Source: Mustelus asterias (taxonomy: Eukaryota). Taken from it: a stretch of DNA of 64,000 bases. A model generated the notes under the pieces. That model ran no database searches. It was not told where the DNA came from and worked only from the letters and a program-made list of their open reading frames with translations. Location of the stretch: the NCBI RefSeq assembly GCF_964213995.1, contig NC_135813.1, positions 101,680,001 through 101,744,000 on the forward strand. The letters are read 5' to 3'. A program made the translations under genes and the position numbers. How positions within the stretch are numbered: the stretch's first letter is position 1; each line of letters opens with the position of its first letter. Positions 11,291-23,970 of this stretch are shown here, piece by piece.

Positions 11291-11583
11291 CAATCCTCTG
11301 CATTGTTTTCAGAAAATATTGAATGTTCAGCTGGTTGGCCAGCATTTAAAAAAGGCAGAAGAGCTGAACATTACAGATATGGATCCTGAATCAAGCTTCC
11401 AAGAAATGTCCATCTATTTCACATTAATCCATCTGTTCTCATTCAAATGCTAATTTTTCTATGCCCTCCTAAGATTCTTTTGTTCTTACTTATGGTTTCC
11501 AGAATTTCTCTTTTTCCCTCTAACAAAGTATCCATTTGCGTAAATTGAGCATTTTTCAATGTTGAGAAAGAATTGGTACTCAC

Positions 11584-11708
11584 CCACGACCTTTGGGAAT
11601 TTCTGGCGCTTGATGGGAATTCTGGGTAACTTGGTGCTGATCTGGCTGAAGGTGCCACGCAAACGTCTTCTTGCCTGCTTTCCTCTAACCGTGATGGCTT
11701 GATTGGAA
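11584..11708 (-). CDS. SCARF2: SCARF2 internal exon (~9), juxtamembrane cytoplasmic region
   Basis: Acceptor ttttaccttacaccag|T, donor G|gtgagt; 125 bp. Encodes SNQAITVRGKQARRRLRGTFSQISTKLPRIPIKRQKFPKVV, matching the recalled SCARF2 motif FSRISMKLPRIPLRRQKLPKVV. Confidence 0.94.
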
Positions 11709-12834
11709 CTGGTGTAAGGTAAAATATGGAATGTTAGGTGCCTCATTGCTGCTAACCTCATAGAGGATCCTACAGTGACAGATGTCCCAAAGCTATATCT
11801 CAAATTATGATGCCACTTATTGCATGAATCTGCTGTTGCTAACAATATTAATGAAGAGGATGAATCTTCAAGAATTCATGAATCTTCTTGAGTGGTATTG
11901 CGACTATTGCGTCACCATGTACATGCGGTAGTGGGAGAGACAAAGGCAGGAAGTGGATGGTAATAAAATTCAGGAGAGGTGGAAAACAGGTCAGAGGATC
12001 TGCAAGTGCCCACTTCATTCTATTGCTCGGTCAAAATTTACAACACCGTGTCTTCATTAGTGAGCGTAACTTGATGGATAAATAGATAAAGAGGTAGGCA
12101 GACAGATAGATAATTGGTTTATTGGGAATTCATCATGGTGGCAAGCACTGAATTGTGATGACAATACAAATAAAACAAGTAACCATCATTCATGCCGTAG
12201 TTATGTACAATCGTTCAAGTAAAATATAAAATAATAAAAAGGACTGCATAATCATGATCATTTCAGTGCACAAGTACAGCATGTTGCAAAATGCAGGTCT
12301 TTTTAATTTATGGAATTGCAATAAAAACTCTATTACACTCTGCATCTTGTCCACGGTTCATATGTTGTCTGGCTGAGTTCATTAAATTTGCAATCATTTT
12401 ATAAGATGTCTCATCGGCTATTTGTTCTATATCTTATTTGCAGAATGGTGTTTTTTTTATTCTCCCTAGTTCCATCGCACATTTACTTTTGTGTGACTGT
12501 GGCAAGTGATGATGGCAATGGGAGCAGGGTTTAAAGAGTCTTCAAGGAGAGTCCAAAGCGAGCTTTTTCCAGCTTCCAGAAAGGGAACAGATTCTGGAAT
12601 TTGCATGTATCTGAGGTACTTTGGTAAGTGCCACCTCGGATCAGCTTCGGTGTTAATTTCTCAACTCTTTTGTTCACATGATCTTTATGTTGTCGAGCAT
12701 TCCAAACAGTTGCTGCATCTTCAATGGGTCTTACCAAACTATGAACCTCAGTAAATAGGTCAGTTTGACATAATGCTTTCTGTTTACTTGTGTGAGAACC
12801 CAGTCAAATTCACTTATCTTGAATGATGAAAGGG

Positions 12835-13148
12835 TTAAAGTTCAAAGTTTATTTATTAGTGTCACAAGTAGGCTTACATTAACACTGCAATGAAGTTATT
12901 GTGAAAATCCCCTAGTCGCCACACTCTGGCGCCTGTTCGGGTACACTGAGGGAGAATTTAGCATGGCCAATGCACCTCGCCAGCACATCTTTCGGAATGT
13001 GGGAGGAAACTGGAGCACCCGGAGGAAATTCATGCAGACACGGGGAGAACGTGCAGACTCCGCACAGACAGTGACGCAAGCCAGGAAATGAACCCAGGTC
13101 TTTGGTGCTGTGAGGCAGCAGTGCTAACCACTGTGCCACCGTGCGGCC
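12835..13148 (-). mobile_element. HE1-headed SINE, alternative tail (...cctacttgtgacactaataaataaac)
   Basis: HE1 head and core, then ttctccctcagtgtacccgaacaggcgccagagtgtggcgactaggggattttcac tail. Confidence 0.92.
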
Positions 13149-13941
13149 CTTATACCGTTAGCACATATTATCCACTGAGACAATGCTGCATGTTAGTGAT
13201 AGGGAAAAATAATGTGCATGGTGTCTCTCGAATGTGAGACGGGCCAAATTCTTAAGGTGGCTGATTAAATGCTGCATGTGTTAAGTTAACATTTGATAAC
13301 CAGACAGTTCAATAAGTTTAATGAAAAGCCTGTTCTTGCCTTCTCGTCTTAAACCTTTCCTTTGTATGAATGCGTTTGACTATTGGCTCCATACCAAAAT
13401 ACATTTCCAACATGGAACAGTACATTCAATATTAGCTGAATGGTTTTAAGTAGCTGAAAATTGTGATGGGCACAAACAGAGCATTTTGGCAGTTCCAAGT
13501 AGAATGATCACAAATGCTGCACCGTAAATTGGGCATGATCACATCTTGCGTGGATCTATGGATTCACTCACGAAAGAAGATTCCACAAAGTTAGACAAAT
13601 TTGCATTCTAATATATCATGAAAAAATATCAAGGAAGTGCAAGAAATTGGAATATTTTCTGCTGGTAATGTTCTGATTATATATTATAAACTGTGGGAAC
13701 ATGTGAGGAAGATAATTCAGGCAGGTACAGAGTGACTGTGTAAATGGAACTGGGGCATTTGATATTTAAATAAGCCTAGAAACACTGCAGACAGATGTTT
13801 ACCCAAGGCAATTTAGTAACAATGGATATAGATTGTTGTGGTAGGGAGCCAAGGGAGAAGGACTTATTTAGTTACAATGAACTGCCTTCGTGTTGATCTG
13901 ATGTATGAGATAGGTCTGACAGCATGATGTCCCCAACTCTT

Positions 13942-14792
13942 TGTGATGATTTTAATAAAGTAAATTTTATTAAGAGAAGAAAAAAATCAATAAAGTAAAC
14001 TAGTACACTTAACTAACTTTACACAGTTTCCCTACTTTAAACTTTGGAACCAAAGAGTCTAACCTACCTTCAGAGCAAACTCTCTGTAATCTGACAGGTT
14101 TGAATAGGTTGTTTAGGAATCAAAGGAAGAGATGCAATGTATGAAGGAATAGTGTTATAGGGAAGGTGGGTGAAGGGAATTTACTTTTCTTTTAAACTCT
14201 GAAAGTGAAAACAGAGAGACTATGGTAATTAAGGCCGGGAGAGTGCAGTTCTATAGAAATGAGGTCAGATGAGGGAAAATGTATTTAAGGGTTTACTGAA
14301 ACACATGCAAGGGAGCTGTTTTTTTTTAAAGATCTCAGCCAAGAGCTGTTTACCTCCCAGCAAGCAGTGTGCGTAAAGGAAGCCTTATTTGAAAAGCTAA
14401 CTGCTGGTTTACCTCAGAAGCAACACCAAGAAATGTAAAAGCACTGTGTGGTAAAAGTTACTGGATTTTTATAGATGTTAAAATCTATACAGCATTGTGG
14501 AACAGATTACAGAGAGTCACTCTGAAGGTAGTTTAGACTGTTTGGAACTGTTTAAAGTAGGAATACTGTGTAAAGTTAGTGAAGCATACTTCTAGTTTAC
14601 CTTATTGTTTTTTTCTTCTATTTCTGAACAAATTTACTTTGTTAAAATCAACACAAAGAATTGGGGACATCATTTTCTAAAGTAATACCTCTCCTCATAC
14701 CATACAAATTGCAAACACAGTGGAGGGTAGTTGTTTCAAGTTTCTCCTCAGGATTTGAACAACTCAGCATTGACCATCACCTGTGCTTCAAC
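13942..14792 (+). mobile_element. Probable solo LTR
   Basis: Starts with TG (tgtgatg), non-coding, with composition and 3' end similar to the TG...CA insert at 22906-23645. Boundaries are uncertain. Confidence 0.35.
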
Positions 14793-15012
14793 TTCAAAGT
14801 GTCTAAATAAAATTCCACAGTGAGACAGGTGGTAGGGAGCCAAGAGAGGAGGATTTATTTAGTTACATCACATCAACATGGAGACAGTTCATTGTATGGG
14901 ATAGGTCTGATAGCATTGGATAGTACAAGACTGGAAGAACCAATGTGACCTTTGTGGTCAGAACCAGAATTTGGAAATCTGCTGTGAATGGTGGCGGAAG
15001 AAGAGCTTATTG

Positions 15013-16675
15013 CAGGGCTGGCCAAACTTTCTGAATCTTAGAGCCACCTGACTTCAGACATTCAAGAGCCATAAGACACAGACGAACTTAACAGACACAT
15101 TTTTATTAGGTCTTCAGTAAGGTCCTACTGGTTGTCAGGGCTAATCACTGCTGGGGGTAGAGGCCTCACGACTCTCCATCCTGGATACAAATCTTTGAAA
15201 ATCTGGCTGAAATATGTTGCCAAGGTAGTCTGAAGGAGCTTGGTCAGGTATTGACTTAAAAGGAACAAGATCACAGAGTACAGTGATTCATGGCAGTATG
15301 TTGGGTCAAAAATTGAAAGAAGTCACACACTAATCTTCTTGAGTTGACGATACTTGACTTCCAGCACAAACTTCCGGAACTCCATTGTAGATTTGGATTT
15401 ATGCAGCATCTTTAAACCCTGACCCTCCCGTAATTCCAACAGCTCCATTTTCTACATGTTTCTGTAACCAAGGGTTAGAGAATCGGACAGCCATTGTTGA
15501 TCTCGTCAAACGTGAATGGGTTCACAAGAAAAGTGAAGCAGGATCTCAATCAAGTCATCAAACCTGCACCATAGTCCTTGCAATTTATTTCTACATTCTT
15601 CCAGTGTGCAATCATTGACATCAGCGTTGATCTGGGAAATACACTTGTCTGCAGTATAGCGCAAAATTAGAATACATGTTATTGTGTTTTTTGGATCTGA
15701 AATTGCAACAACTTCAGCAACATTCTTACTTACAAATTCCCCATCAAAGAATTAATGCTGAGCACCTATGATGTTCCATGACATAGCAACACTGTTGTTG
15801 CTATGTTCAGTTGTTGAGGCAGACTGAAAGCAGAATCTGCTGACTGTTTAGGCAAGATGTTAACCTGGTTAGCTCGTTTCTCCACAGTTCTGACTTGGGG
15901 GGGGATATTCCAAAGAAAGATTTCTGTGGTTCACTTCACGTTGACGTTCCTAGCTTTGTTGCGAGTGAGGAATCACTGCAGATAAAAGACACACAAATTT
16001 CCCACCTTTAACAGTGAATGTAAAATCTTCCTTCATTTTGCTTCAAACGTTAGTTTTCTTCTTCATCCTTCCGTTTCTCACAACTTGATTTTGCCAGTGT
16101 CATCCACAAAGTTTGAAGGGTTTATTGGTGTTAACCTGTGACAAATTTGCAGCTGTTCGTATGTGTATATGGCTTTTTTTTAAAAACCTTCAGCTTCTTG
16201 CCTTCCAGGCTTCCTTCACACACAATCCAGATAGTGGCAAACACAATTGAGGCAGACTAGGGTACCTTTTGCCTCACTTTGACCCAACCATGTTAGCCAC
16301 TATGAGTGTGTGTGTTCGCTGCTTTCAGATGAGGTTTTCCAGCAGCTGTTATTCCCAGGCTCAATTTTTCTTCATCCCAGTCCAGTTGTACCTTAGCAGA
16401 AAGAGGTTCGATTTGTCAGCCGGAGGAACTGCTCGAAAATGGTGTTGATCGCATGGGTCATGCAACCCTTCGTCAGACCAGCAGGAAACTCTCTAGTGCT
16501 GCTGCCTGCTGTCCCATGAAGCCAGCCATTTCCCATGGTCATTTTGGAGCTTCTCTGCACCCTCAAAAAACGTCAGGCAGGATTTTAAATTCGGCAGGGG
16601 TGGAAATCAGTGGGAGTGCACTCTTATGTCTAAATGCCCACATGTGGTTTGCAGGCCACAGTTTGGTCAACCGTG
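15013..16675 (-). mobile_element. Internally deleted hAT (Charlie/SPIN/GTF2IRD2-like) DNA transposon
   Basis: TIRs cagggctggccaaact and agtttggtcaaccgtg; 8-bp NNNTANNN TSD gcttattg at 15005-15012 and 16678-16685. The minus strand retains N-terminal (..FTVKGGKFVCL..) and C-terminal dimerisation-like (KYRQLKKISV*LLSIFDPTYCHESLYS) transposase remnants. Confidence 0.8.
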
Positions 16676-16729
16676 AAGCTTATTGGAAAGATGAGCTAAG
16701 TTAGACCAAATTACTTCCTTCACTCAGTG

Positions 16730-17330
16730 TTAGTGCTGAGTTAACCCACTTTCATCTACACTGCACAATTTTGAGTGAGTTAATCCACGACCTCACAGAG
16801 GGCACTGTGCTGAGTTAACCCACTCCCTCACAGAGGGCATTATGCTAAGATAACCCACTCCCTCACAGAGGACACTGTGCTGAGTTAACCCACAACTTCA
16901 CAGAGGGCACTGCACTGAGATAACCCACTCCCTCACAGGGGGCACTGTGCTGAGTAAACCCACTCCCTCCAAGGGGGCAAGTGAGTTAACTATCCATATC
17001 CACAGGAAACACGTGTGTTAACCTGAGTGTTAACCAGCTCACACATACAAGAGGGGTGTACTGACTCTATCAGGTGTTTTAACCTTCAATCTCTTGGGGG
17101 ACAAATCTCTTCATCCACTCATACCAATATACAGCAGTTAGGAATAGGTTAATCTGTCCAGGACAAGGCTGAATGAGTTAAACTCTCCACTAGCCATACC
17201 CACAGGGGGCTGCGCTGAATAGGTTAACCCAGTTGCATCCACAAGGGACAACACTGATTCAATCAATCTGCATACATTCACAAGAGACAGCGTTTATTAA
17301 GTTAACCCAGTTACACCTACAGGGAGTAGT
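16730..17330 (+). repeat. 35-bp minisatellite (tgtgctgagttaacccactccctcacagagggcac), decaying 3'
   Basis: taaccc recurs at 16816, 16851, 16886, 16921; degenerate copies continue to ~17330. Confidence 0.88.
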
Positions 17331-17621
17331 TGGTTACTACATCATACACTCCTATTTACAAGTATGATAGGAACCAATATGATGTGACATGACTCCGTCT
17401 TCAGTACATGTGCCCGATAGTGTTTCAGAGTGAGTGACCCTGGAGCACTGTGGGAAAGGACAGTTCACCTTCACTGCAATAAACAAGGACTGACAATATG
17501 GAGATTTCTCATTGGACCTTCTGAGGCAACAGACAAAGATGACATCTATCTCTTTAGTCTGCACTGGATTCTATCCCCATTATAGAGGTGTTAAGTCAAA
17601 ATGAACTGATCCTTTGCATTT

Positions 17622-17937
17622 CATAGAATCATAGAATCCCTACAATATAGAAGGAGGCAATCGGCCCATCGAGTCTGTCCCGACCTCAATCCCACCCAGG
17701 CCCTATTCCCATAACCCCACACATTTACCCTGCTAATCCCCCTGACACTAGGGCCAATTTAGTGTGGCTAATCGACCGAATTCGCACACCTTTGGAGGAA
17801 ACCAGAGCACCGGGAGGAAACCCACGCAGACACGGGGAGAATGTGCAAACTCCACACAGACAGTCACCCAAGCCAGGAATCGAACCCGGGTCCCTGGTAC
17901 TGTGAGGCAACAGTGCTAATCACTGTGCCACCGTGCC
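17622..17937 (-). mobile_element. HE1 V-SINE, CR1-type tail
   Basis: Head, core and gattctatgattctatg tail; lies ~110 bp downstream of the TM exon donor. Confidence 0.92.
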
Positions 17938-18050
17938 AATCCAATTTCCCAATCTCCTTTTGAAAAATGTTTATTGCAATTAGTTCAGAGCTTTCAATTG
18001 TTCCAAGTATGATTGGTTGAGATTAAAACCCCGTGTGGTGGAATACTCAC

Positions 18051-18168
18051 TCATTCTGCCGATTCTTCTTGTGACAGAGACAGTAACAACACAAGAACAG
18101 CAGAAGCAGGAGCAGAAGAAACAAAACCAGAGCCCCAGCCGCAATGACTCCCACTCTCCCATTGGAGC
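18051..18168 (-). CDS. SCARF2: SCARF2 internal exon (~8), transmembrane helix
   Basis: Acceptor ctttatatacag|GC, donor GA|gtgagt; 118 bp, phase 1/2. Encodes (G)SNGRVGVIAAGALVLFLLLLLLLFLCCYCLCHKKNRQN(D): a hydrophobic helix followed by a Cys cluster and basic stop-transfer residues. Confidence 0.93.
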
Positions 18169-18614
18169 CTGTATATAAAGAGGAAGCAAAGGTTAACAGG
18201 CTGAAACCAACACAATCCCATATACTGCAGACTGCTTCATTGGGTCAGATGAGTAGGAGATATCATAATACAGCTATGAGGGGGGTTATCGAAGTGTTAC
18301 AGGGAGGAGTGCAAAGTATATTGGAGTGTGGCAGAAAAAGGGTTTATCAGAACGTTACAGTGAGGGATGTGAGATATATTGGGAGTGTTACAGAAACAGG
18401 TATAATGCATAATAATGTATAATAACAGGTATATCATAGTGTTAGTGCTGGGTATATTGGAGTGTTATGGAAAGGAATGTGAGGTATCTTGGAAGTTTTA
18501 CAATAAGGGATATATTGAAATGTTACAATCAAGTGTTACAATGAGGAATAAGGGGTGTATCCCCATGTTACAATGAAGGATGTCAGTAGATCAGAAGGTT
18601 CCACTGAGGTTCGT

Positions 18615-18927
18615 AGAATCTACAGTGCAGAAGGAGGCCATTTGGCCCATCAAACCTGCATCGACAACAATCCCACCAAGTCCTGTCCTATCCCCATAAC
18701 CCCACATATTTACCCTCCTAATCCCCCTGACACCAAGGGTCAATTTAGCACGGCCAATCAACCCAACCCGCGCATCTTTGGACTGTGGGATGAAACTGAA
18801 GCCCCAGAGGAAACCCACGCAGACACAGGGAGAATTTGCAAACTCCACACAGTCACCCGAGGCTGGAATTGAATCCAGGTCGTTGGCACTGTGAGGCAGC
18901 AGTGCTAACCACTGTGCCACCATGCCA
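18615..18927 (-). mobile_element. HE1 V-SINE, CR1-type tail
   Basis: Full-length copy embedded in a degenerate gtgttaca repeat tract. Confidence 0.92.
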
Positions 18928-19018
18928 TCCTATTGAAATGTTACAATCAGGAACATGGGGTGTATCCTCATGTTACAATGAAGGATGTGAGGAGATCAGA
19001 AGGTCCCATTGAGATTCT

Positions 19019-19960
19019 ATATATCAGACGATATATGTATCAGAGTTTCACAGCGATCTGCAAATTTTGAAATTGTGACCTCCACACCAAAGTCTCGGGC
19101 GTTTATACAGATCAAAGGAAGTGGTGGTCCCAATACTGAGCTCTGGAGAATCCCAAAACATACCTTCCTGCAGTTCAAAAAAAACAACTGTTCACCATTA
19201 GATGCTGTTTCCTGTCATTCAGCCAAATTCTTATCTATATTGCCACTGTCCTTTTTGTTCCAAGTCAAAAAACTCAATTAATGTAGTTAAACATGATCTG
19301 CCTTTAACAAATCCATGTTGGTTTTCCTCAATTAATCACATCTGTCCTTGTAACTGTTAATTTCTTCCTGAATTATCAATTCGATAAACATTCCCATCAC
19401 AGAGGTTTACCTGTAGTTGGTGTGATTATCCTTGCACTCGTTTTTGAACTAGGGTAAAACATTTGCAATTCTAGAGCCTTCTGGCACTATCCCAGTTTCT
19501 AAGAGGATTGAAGATTTATGACCAGTTCCATAAATATCCTCCCTTACTTCCGCCAGTATCTTGGATGTTTTTGTCAAGTCCTGGTGGCTTATCAAATGTT
19601 AAGTGGAGCCAGCCTTTATAATGTCTCCTCTTTATCATATTTTTGCCCATCTAGTATCTCAATTACTTCCTCTTTATGTCTTTCGCAACAGCTTTTCCCT
19701 TAGTAAAGACAGATGCAAAATAGTCAGAACATCAGCCATGTCCTCTACCTCTGTGTAAGTCTCCTTTTAGGTCCCTATCCCCATTCCTTTTACAAACCAT
19801 TTACCGTTTATATGGCTATAGGAAACTTTTGGATTTCCTTTCATGTTATCTGCCAGTCCCTTCTCACACTTTCTTCTTTGCTTCTTTGAGTTCTTTTCTC
19901 ATTTTCCTTCTGAACTTTCTCAATTCAGCCTCGTGCTCAATTGCATTATTGAAACCCATG
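19019..19960 (-). mobile_element. Decayed CR1 ORF2 fragment
   Basis: The reverse strand shows RT remnants (NYR-V-L, QHGFVKGRSCLT, GIPQ-SVLGPPL-IY-N-L). Confidence 0.75.
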
Positions 19961-19967
19961 ATACATA

Positions 19968-21130
19968 CTAGCCCGTAATGCCCTGTCTGTCTGTCCAGCA
20001 TCGGATTAGGGAGGGTACCCAAAGATGCACGGGGGAATCTCTCTTTGAAGCTCCCACATAAGCATTTGCATGGTAATTATCCAGAAGCGTTAACATCCCC
20101 TGGAATTGCGCTGCGCTAGGAACCAACTGACAAAGCAATTTCAATTGTTAACTTTGGTTGGTTCTGCCAGTGTTACGCTGATAGTTACTCTGAAAGAATT
20201 AGAAGAAATAAAACCACTTCTAACTTCAGCGTTACTATTTTAAGTAACGAGATCGAAGCCCGCACAAAACTCCCCTGACATTCCTGAGCCCATAGGGGAC
20301 TCCCACATCCATGTCGTCCTCCCCCCACCCCCCCCAACCCATGACCGCTAAACACCTCCCCACTGCAGTATTACTCCACTCTGACTCCCTCCCCACCCAT
20401 CAGAATTCCCCACACCCCTGACAAGATGTGGCCCCATCCCCTGACAATCTACCCAAATCTCCAACCCCAACTCGATCTGATGGACATCACCCACCTCACC
20501 CAGACCTAACACTGCCCCTCCCCCACACACCCCCAGCAACCCATCCTGCAAAACCCCAACCTGACCCCAATCTGCTCCTGACCCAACCCGACTGAACCTC
20601 ACCCAACTCCTTCCACCTCCAACTCAACCTGACTATCTGACCGGACCCCACATCCCCAACCCAACCTAACTCCACAATCCTATCCTGACCCGCCTCTCAT
20701 ACCCCCAACCTGGCCCCACTCCCCCCGACCTGCTGTCGACCCCAACCTGACCAAATCCCAACCTTCAATACCCCGACCTGACCCCAACTGCTCCTGACCC
20801 AACCCGGCTGCACTCCACCCGAGTCGTCGTTCCCCCTCCCCCCACCAACCCGGCCCCTCCACTCCTCAAACATAACCCCAACCCGGCCTGACCCAACCTG
20901 CTATCCCTCCGACCTGGCCTGCATAATAGAATAGAATGGAATCCCTACAGTGCAGAAGGAGACCATTTGGCCCATCGAGCCTGCACTGACAACAATCCAA
21001 TCCAGGCCTATTTACCATGCTAATCCCCTCACACAATGGGACAATTTAGCATGGCCAATCTACCTAACCTGCACATCTTTGGACACTAATGATGCTTTTG
21101 GTAAACGGCAAGCCGTTAAAGATAGAAGTT
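19968..21130. mobile_element. Unclassified non-autonomous repeat with C-rich interior; inverted relative of 25800-26735
   Basis: 20010-20240 is the approximate reverse complement of 26115-26700 (gtaccc, gaatctc, ggttctgccag, ctgatagtta, cacttcta). An HE1 3' fragment is nested at ~20930-21088. Confidence 0.55.
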
Positions 21131-22905
21131 GATATGGCTTATCAACATTAAGTAGAGCCAGCCTTTATAATGTCTCATCTTTATCACGATGATAGGAGAA
21201 CACACATTTTACTACTTATATTAGGGAGCCCAGCCATTAGGTTTTAAGGGTATAGCAGCAAAACTAACAACGTATACAGGAGAAGCCATCAAGATAGGGG
21301 TACTACCACAGTACCTGTGAGCTATCAGCCGCAACCAGCCCAGCTCCCAGAAATCATTGCATGAGGCCAGGGATAAAGCCTTCTGAGTTGTGATTGGCTC
21401 AAGGAAATCAAGTTAAATTGGATGGAGATGTTCCAAGTGTGGGAAGGGTGACTGTCTGAGTTACTGAAAAGGTATGAGAGTGTCTTTTGTGATGATTTGA
21501 GTAAAATAAAGGGGGTCCAGGCAAAGATCGATGTAGATCCAGAGGCAACCTCTCATTTTCTCATGGCAAACCCATATGCCTTGCGAGAAAAGCTGGACAT
21601 AGAATTGAAAAGATTGGAAGAACTGGGGTATCATTCAGCCAGTTTAATTCATGAAGTGGGCAGCACCCATAGTCCCCGCGGTAAAGCCTGACAAGATCGT
21701 CCACATCTGTATAGGGACTACAATTTAATAATGAATCAGGCTGCCAAGTTAGCTAAGTAGCCAATTCTGAAGACTTATGTGCAAAGCTGGCCTGAGGTCA
21801 ATCTTATACAAAGTTGGATATGAGCCACACATATCAGCAACTTGAGTTAGGCAATGCTTCCTGAGGTTATGTTGGGATTAACACACAAAAGGCTTTGTTT
21901 CAGTATATATGCTGACTGTTTGGTATGCCATCGGCATGCGCTATTTTCCAGAGAACAATGGAGAGTTTGTTGCAAGTACTTCCACATGTTGTAGCATACC
22001 TGGGCGATGTTTTGATAACTGGATCGACAGAAGCTAAGCACTTAGCTAACTTAGAAGAGGTGCTCAAGAGGTTCACCCCAGGGAGAAATATACTTTTCAA
22101 GCCACTGAGATAGCCAACCGAGGATACCGTGTAGATGCACAAGGATTACGCCCCTTGGAAAATTATGTCAGAGGAATAAAGGAGGCGCCAGTCCTCAGAA
22201 ACACATTTCAACTCAAGGCATTCTTAGGAATGGTGAGATATTATGGGTAGTTTTTATCAAATTTGTCGATATTATTGGCCACATGAAATTACTTTGGCAT
22301 TGAATTTCTCAAACATGTTGCCAGTTTCAGTGTAGCAAAACAAGTATTAGACCAGCAGGGATCTGCTGGTGCCCAAAGTAAGGCACAGGATACAAATAGG
22401 TTGGGCCAATGAGCCAGCTTCTGAAGAGATTAAATCATATTATACATGAAGGGATGAATTAAGTTGTGAAGATTGCGTCATGCTTGAGGGACCAAGAGTA
22501 GTCGTTCCTGTGCCAGGAAGGGAATTGCTTTTGGCTGAATTACATAGTTTCCATCCAGGTATATCCAGGATGAAGATGCTCGCTGGGAGTTATATTTGGT
22601 GGCTTGGCGTTAATACTGACATTGAGAATCTAGTGAAGCATTGTGAACAGTGCCAATTGCAACAAAGGTTGCCTGCCATGACCCCACTGCAGCTGTGGAA
22701 ATGGCCTGGCCAGATATGGGTATGAGTCCATGTTGATTACGTTGGGCCATTTTTGGGCAGAATGTTTTTGCTCCAGGTCGAAGTCCATTCAAATTGGTGG
22801 AAGTTTTTGAAATTAAGTCTTCGACGTCAATGTTTTTCAACCCATGTTGGAAAATGGAACAGCCCTCAAGTGCTGAATTTCAAAATTTCATCTCCATGAA
22901 TGGAA

Positions 22906-23645
22906 TGTGGGGAGTGCGATGATACTGTGCTTTTAAGAACTGTATTTTTATCTGTTTCTTGTAAAGGGTATATTTGAATTTCAGCTGTTTTATATGGTGC
23001 CATTTTGTCTGGTCAGCAGGTAGCTCTAAAGTTGTGAATGCAGGATTATGACTGAATTTAGCTAAATGTTGTCTAAACAGTGTTAATGCATTTTTGTTTA
23101 CTTAGGTTTCTCTTGAGAGGGGCTTTGATTAGGTTGATTGACTGAGTCATGTGATTAATGGGAGGAGTTAGGCTTGCAGGAAAGACAGTGTTTTGGTTTC
23201 ATTTTTTAAAAGTCAAGAGCTAACTGGAGCTGTTTAAAAGAGATGGCTCTCTCTCTGAAAAGATCTCTCTCTCTCTCTGGAGGTGTTCAAAAAACTCTAA
23301 GACTGTTAAGTGCAAGCACATAATCCTGTATTGTTTGCTGTCTTTGAAGATGGGTTTTAAGTCTGTAAGAGGAATATTGCTTGAATTGGGACTAATAGAG
23401 ATAGATTATCAGTTAAGAATTGTATCTTTACATGTTTAAGTGTTGTTCAATTGTTAAATTGATTCATTTGCTATAGTTAAACTGTATTATTAAATAAAGT
23501 TTGTTTTGATAAAAGCTCCCTAGTTTGTCAATAGAATCACACCTGGAGTGAAACATCTTATCCTCACAATGCCAAAAATAACAAATAGTTGGGGTCTCGT
23601 CTAACTTCAGAATATACCTTTGGGTTTCTGATCTGTACCTTAACA
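22906..23645 (+). mobile_element. Solo LTR nested in Gypsy integrase
   Basis: TG...CA termini and internal AATAAA. It splits the integrase between ...MNG and (I)RTAPYHP together with the adjacent SINE. Confidence 0.65.
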
Positions 23646-23970
23646 GGAGGCAGTGGCATTGTCACTGGACGAGTAATCCAGAGACCCTGGGGACCTGGGT
23701 TCGAATCCAAATGTGGCAGATGGTGAAATTTCAATTCAATAGAAATCTGGAATTAAAAGTCTAATCATAACCAAGAAGCCCTTGTCAATTGACATAACAA
23801 CCCATCTGGTTCACTAATGCCCTTTAGGGAAGGAAATCTGCCATCCTTACCTGCTCTGGCCTACACGTGACTCCATATCCACAGCAATGTGGTTGACTCT
23901 TAAATGCCCTCAGGGACGGGCAATAAATGCTGGCCCAGCCAGCAATGCCCACATGAAAGAATAAAAAAAT
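23646..23970 (+). mobile_element. tRNA-derived SINE, second family
   Basis: B box ggttcgaatcc, core gggaaggaaatctgccatccttacc, tail gggcaataaatgctggcc...gaataaaaaa. Confidence 0.85.

Noticed and set aside
12912-13139. Recurrent small ORFs MAQWLALLPHS... / MVSTAASQ... as a gene family
   Set aside because: They are translations of HE1 SINE copies.
16730-17000. 35-bp repeats as CRISPR direct repeats
   Set aside because: The units are head-to-tail with no unique spacers, so this is an ordinary minisatellite; the same applies to 27810-28145.
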